Assembly: GCA_965203325.1 (NCBI GenBank)
Contig: OZ241875.1
Coordinates: 3,648,001 to 3,712,000 of the forward strand
DNA from: a bacterium
GTDB lineage: Bacteria > UBA8248
DNA: 64,000 nucleotides
Direction: 5' to 3'
Below, piece by piece: positions 61,021-64,000 of the stretch. Below the pieces are notes generated by a model. The model was not told where the DNA came from. It did no database searches and saw nothing but the letters and a program-made list of their open reading frames with translations. The stretch's first letter is position 1. Every line of letters starts with the position of its first letter. The position numbers were made by a program, and so were the translations under genes.

Positions 61021-61984
61021 GGCCGACGCCTCGCCTCGGCGATCGGAGCAGGAGACCGAATGGAGAGGTGTGTTCGAGGACAATCTCGATCCGGCAAGGC
61101 GTCCCGTCCTCGAGGCGCCCCCCCGGCGGGCTCCCGGCGGGGGGATCGAGCCCCGCAGGGTCCGTAATCGCGAAGCGCAGGACATGGCCCGGACCCCGGG
61201 CCGCGGCGTCCGGGCGCATCCGCGCAAGCCAGGCCGGGGGGCTCGATGCACGCGGCGTGATCGACACGAGTCTGGCCGGAAGCAGCCGACCCCCTCCGGG
61301 CGACTCGACGCGCACCCGCGCCTCCATGCCGGGGGTGAGCACCCACGAGTCCCCCGGCGCGGCGAAGGCGACCGCCTCCAGCACTCCACCGCCGCCGAAC
61401 ACGATATCGGCGATCGGGGCGCCGACCGGGAGCGTCTGGCCGGGCGCGACGAGAATTGCGGCGACCACGCCGTCGGCGGGGCTCGCGACGGCGCCGGTTC
61501 CCTGGAGCGCCGCGAGTTCGTCGAGCATGGCCCGGACCGAAGTCAGCAATTGCCGCGTTTCGGCGGAACCGGCGCTCGCCGCGCCTTTCGCTTCGTTCTC
61601 CAGCCGGCGGACGGATGCGGCGGCGGAACGCACCCGTCGCTCCATCTCGGAGAGGGCGATGCGGACGATTGCTTGGCCGGCGGCCGCCCGTTCTCCCTCG
61701 GGCGTCACAATCTCGGCGACCTCGCCCGAAACGCCGGAGAGCAGGGTGCGCCGCTCGCCGGAGATAACCAGCACGCCGCCCGAGCGCAGTGTCCGCTCCA
61801 AGCTGCCGAACAGTCCCCAGACGACGAGCGCGGCCACGGCCGCTGCGAAAAAGGCGAGAACCGCCCATTCGCGCGGGGCGGTGAGTTGCGCGCGCTCATC
61901 CAGTGATTCTGGCTCGGCGTTGCGAATGACGGCGTTCTCCCGAAACTGACTGGAGCCCAATCTGGCCAAAAGCCTCTTCCTCAA
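61010..61984 (-). CDS. HlyD-family NHLP secretion accessory protein
   Basis: FR..A.....PE.LD.....T.P..W N-terminus, TM, G.V..I lipoyl halves, SP.DG.V, terminal SP..LL. Confidence 0.85.
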   Translation of the reverse strand: MRKRLLARLGSSQFRENAVIRNAEPESLDERAQLTAPREWAVLAFFAAAVAALVVWGLFGSLERTLRSGGVLVISGERRTLLSGVSGEVAEIVTPEGERAAAGQAIVRIALSEMERRVRSAAASVRRLENEAKGAASAGSAETRQLLTSVRAMLDELAALQGTGAVASPADGVVAAILVAPGQTLPVGAPIADIVFGGGGVLEAVAFAAPGDSWVLTPGMEARVRVESPGGGRLLPARLVSITPRASSPPAWLARMRPDAAARGPGHVLRFAITDPAGLDPPAGSPPGGRLEDGTPCRIEIVLEHTSPFGLLLRSPRRGVGRVG

Positions 61985-63013
61985 TCAAGACAGGGGGTGA
62001 AGGACGCAGACGATATAGCCCTTTGCGGCCGCGGGGCCCTCACCGAAGGCGGGGCCGCTCCGCCCCGCCGGGGGGAAAGCGAGCTTGACGTGGTTGATTC
62101 CGAAAATGAAATCGAAGACCCCGAAGCGCGAGAAAATCCGTTCTCTATGAGTCCCCGCCAAGCCGCCGAGCGCGGCCGCCTTCTCCGGCAGGCACCAGCC
62201 TTTGCGGGTCATCATATCGAGCGTCTCCTTCAAGGCCGTGTTGGCCTGCTCCGGCTGGGACAATTCGATGCCGAGGCCGGGCGAAACGCGCCCCGCCGCC
62301 ACGTCGAGGGCGAAGACGCGATTGTCGACTCCACAGGCGCGGAACTCCGATAAAACCGCCTCGAGCGCCGCCTCGTCGCCGACCCGGCCCATCTCGCCCA
62401 GGAACGACACGCCACCGTCCTTTGGGGAGCGCACCAGCAGGCGCACGGCACGCTCCCGGTCCGGGAACGCGCCGACCCAGCGAATCGAAGCGCCGCCCGG
62501 CAGGGCGGCGAAGACGCGGGCGATCTCGGCGCGTTCGGCAGTATCCTCGCCCCAGCCCGCGGCCAAGCGGACAGCGTCGCTCACCACGCCGGCATGCGCA
62601 TAACCTCCCCCGGCGCAACGCAGAAACACGCCCGGGGCCGGAGAGTCTTCTACGCCGACAATATCATATTCGAGCGCAACGAGGTCAACCGACGCCGCAA
62701 GCGGGGAATCGGCCTTCTTCAGTTCGAAGAGGAAACGGGCGAGAGACGCGGCTCCGGGGCCGCCCGAACCCCCCTGTCGAACGAGCGCGTCGGAGAAGCG
62801 CGCGTCGGGAGGGACAGACAACAACAAATCGGCCGAGGCTTCCCGGTCACCGAGACGGAACTCCAGCCCGAACGCGGCATCCGCGGCGGACGGCGGTAGA
62901 TTCCCGGCCCGCGCAATCAGCCGTTCCCAACCTGGGCCGTCCAGCAACGCCTCCGGCAACACAGAGCGGGCAAGGAGAAGGATATCGGAAAGACTCCGCG
63001 CTTCCGCACCCAA
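61985..63013 (-). CDS. Hypothetical protein, putative RiPP maturase 1
   Basis: Sits tightly between precursor and HlyD; RBS AAGGAG; paralog of 54797-55903. Confidence 0.8.
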   Translation of the reverse strand: MGAEARSLSDILLLARSVLPEALLDGPGWERLIARAGNLPPSAADAAFGLEFRLGDREASADLLLSVPPDARFSDALVRQGGSGGPGAASLARFLFELKKADSPLAASVDLVALEYDIVGVEDSPAPGVFLRCAGGGYAHAGVVSDAVRLAAGWGEDTAERAEIARVFAALPGGASIRWVGAFPDRERAVRLLVRSPKDGGVSFLGEMGRVGDEAALEAVLSEFRACGVDNRVFALDVAAGRVSPGLGIELSQPEQANTALKETLDMMTRKGWCLPEKAAALGGLAGTHRERIFSRFGVFDFIFGINHVKLAFPPAGRSGPAFGEGPAAAKGYIVCVLHPLS

Positions 63014-63027
63014 GGGCGAGTCGCTCC

Positions 63028-63300
63028 TTAATAGTATATCGCCCCTGCGGCGGTCTCGAGTTCGGCTTCGGTGAGTTTCTTCGAGCGCGGCAGCACCAGA
63101 TGAGCGGTCGTCGCGTCTTCCTCGTGGACGAACAGCTTCAGGCTCTCCGGCACGACGAGGTCATAGTCTTCGCGCAGAACCTCCTTCGGATCCGCCAGCA
63201 GCCGGGCGCGAAATTCTTCGCTCTCGGCCGCTTCCGCAAGAAGTCGGTCTCGAAGATCGGATGCCGTCATCGCGCCGCGCGCGGTTTCAACTTTCTTCAT
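63028..63300 (-). CDS. NHLP-leader RiPP precursor, predicted core IYY
   Basis: A..S.EFRARLLADPK..L, V.EE..T.HLVLP, LTEAELETAAGA followed by IYY*; RBS AGGAGGT; heads the exporter operon. Confidence 0.9.
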   Translation of the reverse strand: MKKVETARGAMTASDLRDRLLAEAAESEEFRARLLADPKEVLREDYDLVVPESLKLFVHEEDATTAHLVLPRSKKLTEAELETAAGAIYY

Positions 63301-63372
63301 TACCCACCTCCTTCTGGTTTTATCTTGGAAAATCCGCTCAACGCGAACAATCCATTGTATTTTACATCGGCG

Positions 63373-63590
63373 GAGTTACTGTCAAATGTTGTGTATGGCC
63401 GTCCTGAATCCAGCGGCCCTCCTGCCTGTTTCTTTTTCCTCCACCCCATTGATGAACCTCACGTCGGCGAGATGACGGAAGCCGCGTAGCCGGCGCCACC
63501 GCTTCCCGGCGCTCATAGCTAACGGATGCACAAGGCTCAGCGCCGCCGGGAAGTTGCAGAAGGCGAACAACTTCTCCCGATCCGGTTTGC
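63373..63590 (-). pseudogene. IS256-family remnant: deleted transposase C-terminus plus right end
   Basis: DREKLFAFCNFPA joined to LSLVHPLAMSAGKRWRRLRGFRHLAD..F.NG; end sequence CCATACACAACATTTGACAGTAACTC. Confidence 0.75.
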
Positions 63591-63712
63591 CACCTCCACG
63601 TACAATGCAAACCCAACCACCGGATTCATCTTTCATTATACCAAAACTATCTATCTGTTTCATATTCAATACCTTTATTATCATACTTTTTTCGTGTATT
63701 ATATAATTTTTA

Positions 63713-63875
63713 GGCCGCGTAGCCGGCGCCATCGCTTCTCGGCGCTCATGGCGAGCTGATGCACGAGGCACAGCGCCGTCTTCTCACTCAGGCAGTTCCT
63801 GGTCTTCGCCGTTCGCAAGCGAATGGTGGCGAAGGTCGACTCGATGGGGTTCGTCGTCCGTAGATGCCCCCCAGT
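63713..63875 (-). pseudogene. Second IS256-family transposase fragment
   Basis: Translates HLRTTNPIESTFATIRLRTAKTRNCLSEKTALCLVHQLAMSAEKRWRRLRG; 63713-63780 repeats 63480-63548. Confidence 0.85.
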
Positions 63876-64000
63876 GCGCCGCCTTCTTCAATTCAGCCCA
63901 TACACGAGATCCGAGGGTAACTCCATCGGCGAGGGATGTGATGTAAAGAAACCTTTAAGGGCGTGATGGTGGCCCCCCCTCGGCGTTTCCCCGTCTCCGG

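Noticed and set aside
56548..61949. Long overlapping ORFs in the RiPP transporter region (56548-58800, 56841-58862, 58723-60255)
   Set aside because: Arg/Gly/Ala-rich shadows of the ABC and HlyD genes; the track's 61389 start for the C39-ABC is also over-extended into hlyD.
63028..63300. Precursor as a nitrile hydratase alpha subunit
   Set aside because: Too short, lacks the CxxCSC metal site, has no beta subunit, and sits with a C39 exporter.

Overview
High-GC Gram-negative bacterial chromosome segment in two parts. Positions 1-33.6 kb are conserved housekeeping DNA, all on the + strand: rpoD 3' end, tRNA-Ile2(CAT), zinc-ribbon protein, RNase HI, RNase P RNA, ilvA, purH, folC/folP, panE/panB, a divergent cobS-like gene, the dcw cluster mraZ-ftsZ (no ddl), pgeF-yggS-proC-yggT-divIVA-yggU-mtnA and tRNA-Asp. 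Positions 33.6-64 kb are accessory. They hold two tandem NitT/TauT-type binding proteins convergent with a permease/ATPase pair, a CoA-transferase, a cupin, an FGE-sulfatase-domain protein, three copies of a small single-TM/coiled-coil protein, a periplasmic MauG-like peroxidase/cytochrome c/beta-propeller operon, an E1 alpha/beta pair without E2/E3, a Phd-RelE/ParE toxin-antitoxin pair, MipA/OmpV, and many palindromic repeats, several framed by a shared GGGGTTGTTGAAAA terminal repeat. The most notable locus is 54.8-63.3 kb, an NHLP-leader RiPP cluster with C39-ABC, second ABC and HlyD genes. Its precursor has a predicted core of only three residues (Ile-Tyr-Tyr), and its only candidate maturases are two paralogous ~350-aa proteins I cannot assign with certainty (inferred ABBA-fold prenyltransferase-like). 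IS256 remnants lie just upstream, and one IS end may supply the -35 box. Product calls come from recognisable motifs and gene order; no database searches were run.
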